Shown: positions 51,441-61,326 of the stretch, one piece after another
Position numbering within the stretch: position 1 is the first letter of the stretch
Layout of the letters: every line of letters begins with the position of its first letter
NCBI GenBank assembly: GCA_963749495.1
Contig: CAVVMW010000024.1
Location: 160,001-224,000, forward strand
Reading direction: 5' to 3'
Length of the DNA: 64,000 bases
DNA from: an uncultured bacterium
Lineage (GTDB): Bacteria; Verrucomicrobiota; Verrucomicrobiia; Limisphaerales; UBA8199
Notes under the pieces: generated by a model
What the model was told of the DNA's origin: nothing
Database searches by the model: none
Seen by the model: the letters and a program-made list of their open reading frames with translations, nothing else
Program-made: the position numbers and the translations under genes

Positions 51441-54400
51441 ATGAGACCTGATTTCCCCTTGAAATGTTCCGGCCCAGCCTGCGGCTGCGCTGGCGCCTGG
51501 CCGCGGCGGGAGTTTCTGAAGGCGCTTGGCCTGGGCGCCGGCGCCCTAAGCATTGGCCAACTGCAGGCCATGGCCGGCCCCTTCACGCGGCAGGACTTCG
51601 ACAAGCTGGTCCCGGCGGACAAGAAGCTGCGGCCCGAGTGGGTGCAGTCCCTCACTGCTCGAGGCGAGCGCACCGTGTACCGCGGGCCGGACCTCGAACG
51701 CATCGGGATGCCCATCGGCGGCATCTGCGCCGGCCAGGTCTATCTCGGAGGCGATGGCAGGCTGTGGCATTGGGACATCTTCAACCGCCATATCGGCACC
51801 GGTGCCGAGCATTACGCCGCGCCAATGCAGCCCGGCTCGCCCTTCGGCCACGGCTTTGTCCTCCGGCTCAAGGCGGGCGGCCAGTCCCAAGGCCAGGTCC
51901 GCCCGCTCGAGCACGCCCACTGGCGCGACCTCTCGTTTGCCGGCGAGTACCCGATCGGCTATGTCGAGTACCGCGATCCCGATTGCCCGGCCAGCGTCAG
52001 CCTCCAGGCCTTCTCACCCTTCATCCCGCTGAACACCGAGGATTCCTCGCTCCCGGCGACGGTGCTCGAGTTCACGGTCAGGAACCAGGGCAGCGCCGAA
52101 CTCGAGGTCGAGCTGACCGGCTGGCTTGAAAACCCCGTCTGTCTCTACAGCGGCCAGATGCGAGCGGGTTTCCGCCACAACCGCCTGGTGCGAGTGGGGC
52201 CGCCTGCTCCCGAAACGGACCCTGCCCAGGAGCGGACCCCTCACCCCGGCCCTCTCCCCGTCAGACGGGGAGAGGGAGACGAGCGAAGCCGGCAGCCCAG
52301 CCTGCTGCCGTTCCTCTTCCTGGAGTGCAGCGCGGAAGACCTCCCTGCCGCGGCTCCGCCCCGAGGCCCGACATCGTCTTTGCGGACTTCGAAGGCGAGA
52401 CCTACGCACCCTGGGTCGCCACCGGCACCGCCTTTGGCGCCGGGCCGGTCGAGATCTCGAAGATCCCGGATTACCAGGGAGACGTTGGCGGCAAGGGCAA
52501 ACGCGTCGTCAACAGCCATGCCTCCGCCCCGGGCGGCAGCGTCACCGAGAAGGACTCTGCCACCGGCACGCTGACCAGCCCCCCGTTCACCCTCGAGCGC
52601 AACTACATCACTTTCCTCATCGGCGGCGGCTCTCACAAGGGCAGGACCTGCATGAACCTGCTCGTCGAGGACCAGGTCGTGCTCAGCGCCACCGGCCAGG
52701 ATAACAACCGGATGCGCCCGATGAGCTGGGACGTCCGGCGGTGGCCCGGCAAGACCGCCCGCCTCCAGATCGTGGACCAGGAGCAAGGCCCCTGGGGCAA
52801 TATCGGGATCGACGACATCCTCTTGAGCGACCAACCGCGCACGCCCCTGGGTCCGCTGGCTCAAGAGCCTGATTTCGGCACACTGGGCCTGGCGCTCCTG
52901 GACGCCCAACCCGGCGATTCGGGCAGCGTCGGCGCCGCAGGCCCCGGGAGCCTCGTCGACGCCGCCTCCGGAGCCCCGCCCCCGGACAAGTCTGCGCGCA
53001 GCCCCTTGGATGAGAAACTGCCCGGCTCGATCACGCGGAAGATGAAGCTCGCCCCCGGCGCTTCGGCCAAGGCCACCTTCGTCCTGGCCTGGCATTTTCC
53101 CAACCTTCGAATGAATCGCCTGCCGCCAGGCCGTTATTATGCCAGGCGCTTCGACTCCGCCCGCGCCGTCGCACAGTATGTCCGCGACCACTTCGCCCGG
53201 CTGGCCGGCCAGACGCGCCTGTGGCACGACACCTGGTATGACTCGACCCTCCCGTATTGGTTCCTGGACCGCACTTTCCTCAACACCTCCATCCTGGCCA
53301 CCTCGACTTGCCACCGCTTCGGCGACGGGCGCTTCTACGGCTGGGAAGGGGTCGGCTGCTGCGAGGGCACCTGCGGCCACGTCTGGCAATACGCCCATGC
53401 CCTGGCGCGGCTTTTCCCCGACCTGGAGCGCCTCACGCGCGAGAAGGTCGATTTCGGCCTGGCGCTTCAACCCGACGGCGCGATCCATTTCCGCGGGGAA
53501 TTCATCGATTTCCCCGCCATCGATGCCCAGGCCGGGACCATCCTGCGCGCTTTGCGCGAGCACCAGGCCAGCGCCGACAACTCTTTCCTCAAGCGGGTCT
53601 GGCCCGGCGTCAAAAGGGCCACCCAATGGCTCATCGCCAAAGACGCCAACGGCGACGGCCTGATCGAGAGCAACCAGCACAACACCCTGGACACCGATTG
53701 GTATGGGCCGGTGGCCTGGCTGAGCGGTCTCTACCTGGCCGCCTTGCTCGCCGCCCAGACCATGGCCCTGGAACTGGGCGACACCGAATTCGCCGCCCAG
53801 TGTCGCGCCATCCTCGAACGCGGCCGCAAAAACTTCGTCACCCAGCTCTTTGACGGGCAGTACTTCATCAACAAGCCCGACCCCAGGCACCTGGACGCGA
53901 TCAACTCGGGCAGCGGGTGCGAGATCGACCAGGTCTTTGGCCAGAGTTGGGCCTTCCAGGTCGGCCTGCCGCGAGTGCTGCCCGAGCAAGAGACCCTTTC
54001 GGCCCTCAAATCGCTCTGGCGTTACAACTTCACGCCGGATGTGGGACCCTACCGCCGGGCTTACAAACCCGGCCGCTGGTACGCCATGCCCGGCGAGGCC
54101 GGGCTCCTGATGTGTACCTTCCCGCGCTCGGACTGGGATTACGCCCAGGCCAAGGGCAAAGGTCCCGAATGGGCCGCCGGCTATTTCAACGAGTGCATGA
54201 ATGGTTTCGAGTACCAGGCCGCCGGGCACATGATTTGGGAGGGCCTCCTCACCGAGGGCCTTGCCGTCGCCCGCGCCGTCCACGACCGTTACCACGCCGC
54301 CCGCCGCAATCCCTGGAACGAAGTCGAGTGTGGCGACCACTACGCCCGCAGCATGGCCAGTTACGGCGTCTTCCTCGCCGCCTGCGGATACCAGCACCAC

Positions 54401-54778
54401 GGCCCGCAAGGCCGCCTGGGCTTCTTCCCGCGCCTAATCTCCGGGGGCCAATCGCCAACCGGTGCTCCTGACTCGCACCCCGCCTCATTCCGTTGCGCCT
54501 TCACCACGGCGGAAGGGTGGGGGACCTTCTCCCAACTGCACGGCGCGCGAAGCGCCCAATACGAAGTGGTCCTGAAATGGGGCAAGCTGCGCCTGCACAC
54601 CCTGGCCCTGGCCCTGCCGCGCAACCTGCGCCCCGCACAATGCCGCGTGTCCGTGGACGGCAGAACTGTCGAAACCAGCCACGAGAGCGCCGAGGGGCGG
54701 CTTAGCGTGACGTTCGCGCGCGAGGCCCATATCACAGCCGGCCAAACGCTGGCAGTAGCCGTCCACCCAGAAGCGTAG
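51441..54778 (+). CDS. GH116-family glycoside hydrolase with Tat signal; apparent frameshift ~52362
   Basis: PRREFLKALG, GMPIGGICAG, AFSPFIP, WEGVGCCEGTCGHV, HNTLD, NPWNEVECGDHYARSM. Confidence 0.85.
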
Positions 54779-54821
54779 GCGGGTGGCCGACGGCTCAGAC
54801 GGGTCCGACCCGTCCGACTGA

Positions 54822-55162
54822 TCACCGCGTAGCGGTGTCTGAAGGTAGCCGTGGACTTCCAGTCCACGGACCCAAGGGCCAAGGTCAGGCGCGTCGCGTA
54901 GCGACGCCTGAAAGTCGGACGAGATCTGCCAGCGCCAAGTCGTCAGGCGTCGCTACGCGACGCGCGGCCATTCCTGCGCCCTGGACCGTGGACCGAGGTC
55001 CACGGCTACCTTCAGTGCGTCGCTACGCGACGCCATCGCCGCCCCACCATTCCGATTTCCGTCATTCGTCATTCGTCATTCGTCATTCGTCATTCCCCAC
55101 ACCGCAATCCAGACCCAACATTCCCACCGGAACACTCCGCACTCCGCATTCCGCACTCCGCA
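54822..55162. repeat. REPIN-like family A followed by (GTCATTC)5 and (CACTCCG)n arrays
   Basis: Read directly. Confidence 0.88.
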
Positions 55163-55224
55163 TTGGGTCCATTCGTCATTCCCTCCTTCCCACTCCGTTC
55201 CTGCCTCGTTACAGTCCCCCTGTT

Positions 55225-56607
55225 ATGCCACTTGAAGGCGCTGCCGCGCCGGCCGCTGCCGGCGCCGGCCAGGTCCCGAGGCTGAAACGGGTTCTGGGAT
55301 TGTGGGACCTGATCGTCTATGGGATGATCATCGTGCAGATCGTGGCGCCGGTCCCGATAGCGGGGCTGCTCGAGCAACGGTCGAATGGCCACGCGGTCAC
55401 CACCGTCCTGGTGGCGCTGGTCGGCATGATGATCACCGCCGTCAGCTATGGCCGGATGGCCGTGGTCTATCCGATGGCCGGGTCCGCTTACAGCTACGTC
55501 GCCCGCAGCATGAACCCGCATCTGGGGTTCCTCGTCGGCTGGGCCATGTTCCTGGATTACCTGATCATCCCTTTGATCAGCGCCATTATTCCGGCCCTGG
55601 CCATCCAGCGCCTGGCCCCCCAGGTGCCCTTCCCGGCCCTCACTTTCCTGCTGGTGCTGGGCATGACGGCCCTGAACTTGCGCGGCATCCGGGCCACCGC
55701 CACGGCCAACGTCATCCTCCTGGCCGTTACTTCTGCGGTGGTCGGGGTGTTTCTCATCCTGGCCACGCGTTACCTCTGGCAGCGGGCGGGCTGGGGCGGC
55801 ATCTTCTCCCTGCACCCGATCTATAATCCCGCCACGTTCGATACCCGCAGCGTCTTCGGCGGCATCTCGCTGGCGGTCCTGAGCTACATCGGCTTCGACG
55901 GTGTCTCGACCCTGGCCGAAGATGTCACCAATCCCAAGCGCAACGTCGTGCTGGCCACCGTGCTGGTCTGCTTCTTCACCGGCCTGTTGAGCGCCACCGA
56001 ACTCTACTTCTTCCACCAGGTCATCCCGGACTGGAAATCGGTGGCCGACCCCAACACCTATTACCTGGACGTCATGAAGGTCGTGGGCGGCACGCTGTTC
56101 TTCACCCTTTTTTCAATCATCATGAGCGTCAGCCAGTTCGGCGCGGGCTTCACCGGCCAGGTCAGTGCCGCGCGGCTCGTCTATGGCATGGGCCGCGACA
56201 ACGTCCTGCCGCGTTCGCTCTTCGGCTACTTGAGCCCGCGCACCCAGAACCCCAGCCGCAACATCCTCCTGGTCGGCGCCCTCGCCTTTGCCGGCACCAT
56301 CATCCTGCGCTTCGACGATGCCTGCGACCTGTTGAACTTCGGCGCTTACCTTGGGTTCATGGGCGTCAATCTCTCGACCTTTTGGTGCTACTATCTCCAG
56401 GCCCCGGCCGGCCACCGCCGCCATCTGATGTGGGATGCCGTCCTGCCAATCGCCGGCTTCCTCCTCTGTTTTGTCTGTTGGCTGGGGCTGCCCAGCCTCG
56501 CCAAGCGCGTCGGCACCTGCTGGCTGGTCCTGGGCATGGCCTATTGCGCTCTCAAGACCAACGGCTTCCGCCGCCGCCCGTTGTTGTTTGATTTCAGCGA
56601 CAAGTAG
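55225..56607 (+). CDS. APC-family amino acid/polyamine permease
   Basis: LKRVLGLWDL, AGSAYSY, GWAMFLDY, SYIGFDGVSTLAED, ARLVYGMGRD; ~12 TM segments. Confidence 0.92.
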   Translation: MPLEGAAAPAAAGAGQVPRLKRVLGLWDLIVYGMIIVQIVAPVPIAGLLEQRSNGHAVTTVLVALVGMMITAVSYGRMAVVYPMAGSAYSYVARSMNPHLGFLVGWAMFLDYLIIPLISAIIPALAIQRLAPQVPFPALTFLLVLGMTALNLRGIRATATANVILLAVTSAVVGVFLILATRYLWQRAGWGGIFSLHPIYNPATFDTRSVFGGISLAVLSYIGFDGVSTLAEDVTNPKRNVVLATVLVCFFTGLLSATELYFFHQVIPDWKSVADPNTYYLDVMKVVGGTLFFTLFSIIMSVSQFGAGFTGQVSAARLVYGMGRDNVLPRSLFGYLSPRTQNPSRNILLVGALAFAGTIILRFDDACDLLNFGAYLGFMGVNLSTFWCYYLQAPAGHRRHLMWDAVLPIAGFLLCFVCWLGLPSLAKRVGTCWLVLGMAYCALKTNGFRRRPLLFDFSDK

Positions 56608-56906
56608 GCGGCTCCCGTTGCCGCAAGCCAGACCCCTCTCCCCAAGAACCTCCGCCACGTCCGAAGGTTTTGGACTGCGGCAGGCCTCTGCCGCTTTTCG
56701 GTCTCTGGTCCTGGGTAGGCGAAAGCGGCAGAGGACTGCCGCAGTCCAAAACGCTTCGCGGCTTCGGACGCACGCTCCAATGGCCCGGTTCGGCCGGGCT
56801 CGACAAGGATGGGATGCGCCCGACCTCCGTTCAGAACCCAGTTTTTGCTTGCCCATTGAGCTTCCCACGGTTTCTCCTATTCCCAGCAGATCCTTGATCC
56901 TTGTTT

Positions 56907-58202
56907 ATGGCCCGTAAACTCATGCCCGAACAACTGGCGCTTCACGGCGGACCCAGAGCCAAAACCACGCCCCACATCCCGATGTACCCGGGCGGCCTCG
57001 AAATCGGCCCCGAGGAGAAGAGGCAGGTGCTGGAGGTCCTCCAGCGCAAATACCTCTTCCGTTACTACGGCCCCAAAGGGTTCCCCTCCAAGGTCAGCGA
57101 ACTGGAGCGGGAGTTCGCCTCGAGGTTCGGCGCCCGGCATGCCCTGGCCACCACCTCCTGCACCGGCGCCCTCATCTCCGCCCTGGTCGCCTGCGGCGTC
57201 GGGCCCGGCCACGAGGTCATCGTCAACGGCTATACCTTCTTCGCCTCGTGTGCGGCCATCGTTGGCGCCAAGGCGATCCCGGTCATTTGCGAGGCGGACG
57301 ACACCCTGACCATGGACCCCGACGACCTCGAGCGCAAAATCAACCGCAACACGCGGGCGGTCATCTGCGTCCACATGCGGGGCGCGCCGTGCGACATGGA
57401 CCGCATCAGCGCCATCTGCCGCAAGCACAAGCTCAAACTGATCGAGGATTGCGCCCAGGCCTGCGGCGGCTCCTACAAAGGCAGGAAGCTCGGCACCTTC
57501 GGCGACGTCGGCTGCTTCAGCTTCCAATATCACAAGATTATCACCGCCGGCGAAGGCGGGATGTGCCTCACCAGCGACCCCCGCCTTTACGACCGCTTGA
57601 TGGGCTACCACGACACGGCGGCCTGCTGGCGGCCCGACCGCTTCGCCGAGGAACGCTACGCGGGCGAACTCTTCTGTGGCGTCAATTATCGCATGAGCGA
57701 GCTGACCGGGGCGGTGATGCTGGCCCAGCTCAAAAAACTGGATCATCTCCTGGCCGCAATGCGCCGGAACAAGCGGCGCATCAAGGAGCGGATTTCCGGC
57801 CTGGAGGGCATCACCTTCCGCCGGCTCACCGATCCTGCGGGCGACACGGCCATCTGCCTCATCTTCATGCTCAACGACCCGAGCAAGACCGAATGCTTTG
57901 CCGAGGCGCTCCAGGCCAAGGGTGTCGGGGCCGCCGCCATTTACAACCAGGGGATTCCCGACTGGCATATCTACGCCCATTGGAAGCACATCATGTCCAA
58001 GGCCACACCCACGCCCGAAGGCTGCCCCTGGACCTGCCCGTTTCACAAAGGACCGGCGGTCCGCTACCGGCCGGATATGTGCCCCAACCTCCTGGAGTAC
58101 CTCTCGCGCGCCATCCACATCAACATCCCGCCCCAACTCACCGCCGCCGATTGCCGCATGATCGCCGACGCCATCCGCAAGGTGGCCGGCGCAATTCTCT
58201 AG
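56907..58202 (+). CDS. DegT/DnrJ/EryC1/StrS-family PLP aminotransferase
   Basis: TTSCTGAL, GPGHEVIV, IEDCAQACG, FSFQYHKIITAGEGG, NYRMSE. Confidence 0.92.
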   Translation: MARKLMPEQLALHGGPRAKTTPHIPMYPGGLEIGPEEKRQVLEVLQRKYLFRYYGPKGFPSKVSELEREFASRFGARHALATTSCTGALISALVACGVGPGHEVIVNGYTFFASCAAIVGAKAIPVICEADDTLTMDPDDLERKINRNTRAVICVHMRGAPCDMDRISAICRKHKLKLIEDCAQACGGSYKGRKLGTFGDVGCFSFQYHKIITAGEGGMCLTSDPRLYDRLMGYHDTAACWRPDRFAEERYAGELFCGVNYRMSELTGAVMLAQLKKLDHLLAAMRRNKRRIKERISGLEGITFRRLTDPAGDTAICLIFMLNDPSKTECFAEALQAKGVGAAAIYNQGIPDWHIYAHWKHIMSKATPTPEGCPWTCPFHKGPAVRYRPDMCPNLLEYLSRAIHINIPPQLTAADCRMIADAIRKVAGAIL

Positions 58203-58276
58203 ACCGCATCTGCTCCGCCGATGCCAAGTCCGCCCCGAAACATGAGTTTAACCGAACGTGACTGTTCAGGCGTTGG

Positions 58277-58382
58277 GCAGACCTCCGGTCTGCCGGTTCA
58301 CGGAGCCTCCGGCTCCGTGTTCTTGGCGAGGCGCAACTCCGGGCCAGAGGCCCGGACAACCGGCAGACCGGAGGTCTGCCCC
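58277..58382. repeat. REP-like inverted repeat GGCAGACCTCCGGTCTGCC(GG)
   Basis: Inverted arms at 58277-58298 and 58360-58381. Confidence 0.8.
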
Positions 58383-58419
58383 ACATTCTGACGCGCACAT
58401 TTGTAAGCGCATCCAACCC

Positions 58420-59232
58420 ATGCCCGAAATTGATGTCTGTCTCGAATCGATCTTTACCGACCTGCCAGCTCACGAGCGCATCGCGAGAATCGCCCTCGCC
58501 GGCTGCCGCTGCGTCGAGTTCTGGTTCCATGACGCCACCTTCGACGGACGGGACTGCTCTCGTAAGCAGCCCAAGGACTCCGCTTCGTTGGCTGCGGCCT
58601 GCAAGCAATACGGCATGACGATCAACAACATGGTCGTCAATGCCCCGGATGGCTCATTGGGCGGCGCCCCGGTCCGGGCCCAGGACCGCAGCCGCTACCT
58701 GGACCGTCTCCAGGAGGTCATCGCCTTCTCGACCCGTCTCGGCTGCAGCAAGGCCATCACCTGCTCCGGCAATGTCCAGCCCGGCTCCAGCCGCACCCGC
58801 CAGCGGGCCAACCTCGAGCGCGCCTTGGCCCAGGCCGCCGAAATTGCCCAAAAACACTCCTTCACGCTCCTGCTCGAGCCCCTCAACACCCTTGTCGACC
58901 ACCCCGGCTACTACCTGGACTCTTCCACTGAAGGCGCTGAACTGGTCCGCGCCATCGCCAGCCCCAACCTCCGCCTGCTCTATGATGTCTATCACATGCA
59001 GATCATGGAGGGCAACGTCATCGCCACCATCCGGAAGCACCTCGATGTCATCGGCCACTTCCATTCCGCCGGCGTCCCGGGTCGCGGCGAATTGTTCACC
59101 GGCGAGCTGAATTACCCGGAGATCCTCGCCTGCATCGACGCCGCCGGCTACCAAGGCCGCTTCGGCCTCGAGTACTTCCCGAAAATGAAAGACCACCTCG
59201 CTTCACTGAAGAAGACCCTGGCCCTCCTGTGA
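58420..59232 (+). CDS. Hydroxypyruvate isomerase / xylose isomerase-like TIM-barrel protein
   Basis: VEFW, LLEPLN..VDHPGY, LYDVYHMQIMEG, PGRGE..GELNY, GLEY. Confidence 0.9.
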   Translation: MPEIDVCLESIFTDLPAHERIARIALAGCRCVEFWFHDATFDGRDCSRKQPKDSASLAAACKQYGMTINNMVVNAPDGSLGGAPVRAQDRSRYLDRLQEVIAFSTRLGCSKAITCSGNVQPGSSRTRQRANLERALAQAAEIAQKHSFTLLLEPLNTLVDHPGYYLDSSTEGAELVRAIASPNLRLLYDVYHMQIMEGNVIATIRKHLDVIGHFHSAGVPGRGELFTGELNYPEILACIDAAGYQGRFGLEYFPKMKDHLASLKKTLALL

Positions 59233-60653
59233 CCCTCTCGCCCTTCCGCGTCCTCTCGCCTGCGGACATCCAGCACGTCCACCAGGCGAGCCTCGAGCTC
59301 CTGGAAACCTGCGGCGTCAAAATCCTGAACCCGCGCATCCTCTGCTTTCTGAAGGACCGGGGCCTGGCGCTGCGCTCCGGCCACGACGAGACCGTCCTGG
59401 TCAGCCGCGCGTGTGTCGAGGACGCTCTGGCGCGCGTGCCTCGCAGCTTCGAGATGTTCGACCGGGACGGGAATCTCGCCTTTCTGCTTGGGGACGGCAC
59501 GCCCCGGATTGCCGCCGGACACAACGCAGTCTTCTGGGTCGATTCAGAGACCGGCGTGACCCGCGAATCCAGGGTGGCTGACGTCGCGCAATTCGCCCGC
59601 ATCTGTGAGCAGTTGCCGAACATCAATGTCTTGGGCATCCCGGTGATGCCGCAGGACGTGCCCAATCCTGCGGCTTCACTGCTTTACGGCGTGAGGGCCT
59701 GCATCGAGCAGAGCCGCAAACCCATTTTCTTCTCGACCGATAATCCGGCTGTGAACCGCAAGGTCCTGGACATGCTGGCCGCTGTTTTCCCGAGAGACCT
59801 CCAGCGCCAGCCTTACGGCATCGGCCAACTCTCCCCCACAAGCCCGCTCTTCTGGGAAGCGCCCGTCCTGGACGCCCTCGAGGAGACCGTAAGGCGGCAG
59901 GTTCCGCTGGCCATCCTGCCCGAGCCCAACGCCGGGGTCTCGGCGCCCTTCACCCTGGCCGGGTTGCTGGCCCTCAACAATGCCGAGTGCCTCTCGGGAA
60001 TCGTCATCGCCCAATTGCTCGCCCCCGGCGCCAAACTCCTTTACGCCAATTCCTGGACCACCACCGACATGCGCAAAGGCTATGTCCTGGTCGGCAGCGT
60101 CGAGACCAGCCTTTGCCGCATCGCCGGCGCCCAACTCGCCCGTTTCTACAAGGTCCCTTGCCACACCACCGCGCCCAACTCCGACAACCACGCCCACGAC
60201 GAGCAAAACGCCTGGGAAAAAACCCTCAGCCTCTTGGCCGCCCTCGGCGCCGGCAACGACCTCATCGTCAATTGCGGCATGTTCGCCACCGGCATGACCT
60301 GCAGCCTCGAGCAGTTGGTCATGGACGAAGAAATTGCGGGGATGTGCCGGCGTCTGGCCGCAGGCATCGAGGTCAACGAGGCGACGCTCGCCGTGGACCT
60401 TATCCGGGACATTGGCCCCCAAGGCTCCGGTTACCTCACCGCCCCGCACACCCTCCAACGGCTTCGCTCCGGCGAGTACTTCTCCCCGCGGCTTGCCGTC
60501 CGCGGCCCGCGGGCGCTCTGGGAGGCGGAGGGCGCCAAAGACACCTGCCAACACGCCCGCCAGCACGCCCGAGCCCTCGCCCAGCGCTCCCCGGCCCAAC
60601 TGGACCCCAAACGCCAGGCGCTCCTCGAAGCCTTGCTGCAGACGCCTTCCTGA
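59229..60653 (+). CDS. Trimethylamine methyltransferase (MttB) superfamily protein, non-pyrrolysine
   Basis: SLELLETCGV, SPTSPL, APFTLAG...NAECLSG, DMR.G, SLEQLVMDEE; no in-frame TAG. Confidence 0.88.
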   Translation: MTLSPFRVLSPADIQHVHQASLELLETCGVKILNPRILCFLKDRGLALRSGHDETVLVSRACVEDALARVPRSFEMFDRDGNLAFLLGDGTPRIAAGHNAVFWVDSETGVTRESRVADVAQFARICEQLPNINVLGIPVMPQDVPNPAASLLYGVRACIEQSRKPIFFSTDNPAVNRKVLDMLAAVFPRDLQRQPYGIGQLSPTSPLFWEAPVLDALEETVRRQVPLAILPEPNAGVSAPFTLAGLLALNNAECLSGIVIAQLLAPGAKLLYANSWTTTDMRKGYVLVGSVETSLCRIAGAQLARFYKVPCHTTAPNSDNHAHDEQNAWEKTLSLLAALGAGNDLIVNCGMFATGMTCSLEQLVMDEEIAGMCRRLAAGIEVNEATLAVDLIRDIGPQGSGYLTAPHTLQRLRSGEYFSPRLAVRGPRALWEAEGAKDTCQHARQHARALAQRSPAQLDPKRQALLEALLQTPS

Positions 60654-60735
60654 CTCTCTGGCCCTCTCCCCTTCGGAAGGGCAGGTGCACGGCTACTTCC
60701 AACGCGTCGCTCCGCGATGCGCGCGGTGCCCCGGC

Positions 60736-61112
60736 TCACCGCCTAGCGGTGCCCGATGGTAGCCGTGGACTTCCAGTCCACGGACCCATGGCCCAAGCTC
60801 GGCCGCGTCGCGTAGCGACGCCTGAAAACCGCGAAGCTGTCAGGCGTCGCTACGCGACGCATGACCATTCCCACGCCCTGAACCGTGGACCGAGGTCCAC
60901 GGCTACCTTCACCGCGTCGCTCCGCGACGCGCGGTGCCCCCGGCTCACCGCGTAGCGGTGCCCGATGGTAGCCGTGGACTTCCACTCCACGGACCCATGG
61001 CCCAAGCTGGACCGCGTCGCGTAGCGACGCCTGAAAACCGCGACGCATGACCATTCCCACGCCCTGAACCGTGGACCGAGGTCCACGGCTTCACCGCGTT
61101 GCTCCGCGACGC
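60736..61112. repeat. Two tandem copies of REPIN-like family A
   Basis: CTCACCGC.TAGCGGTGCCCGATGGTAGCCGTGGACTTCCA.TCCACGG begins at ~60735 and ~60944. Confidence 0.9.
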
Positions 61113-61326
61113 CACCGCCAACCCACCATTCCGCTCTCCATCTTTCGTCATGCGTCATTGCCCGCACCGCAATCCAGACCCAACATTGCCACCGGAACAC
61201 TCCGCCTTCCGCATTCCGCACTCCGCATTTCTTCTGCGGGCCGCCTTTCATTTCTTATTGCCAAGCGCACCGCTGGTGCCTAAAGTCGGCCTCTACAGTG
61301 CAACCTCGCAACCTCATCCCCGCGCT

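Noticed and set aside
52241..54409. Long antisense ORFs (e.g. 52241-54409, 22905-24992, 61255-63216, 40779-42614, 11134-12939)
   Set aside because: These are shadow ORFs opposite well-supported genes, expected from high-GC codon bias, and show no recognisable motifs.
59229..60653. Pyrrolysine-containing MttB
   Set aside because: The ORF is continuous for 474 aa with no in-frame TAG.
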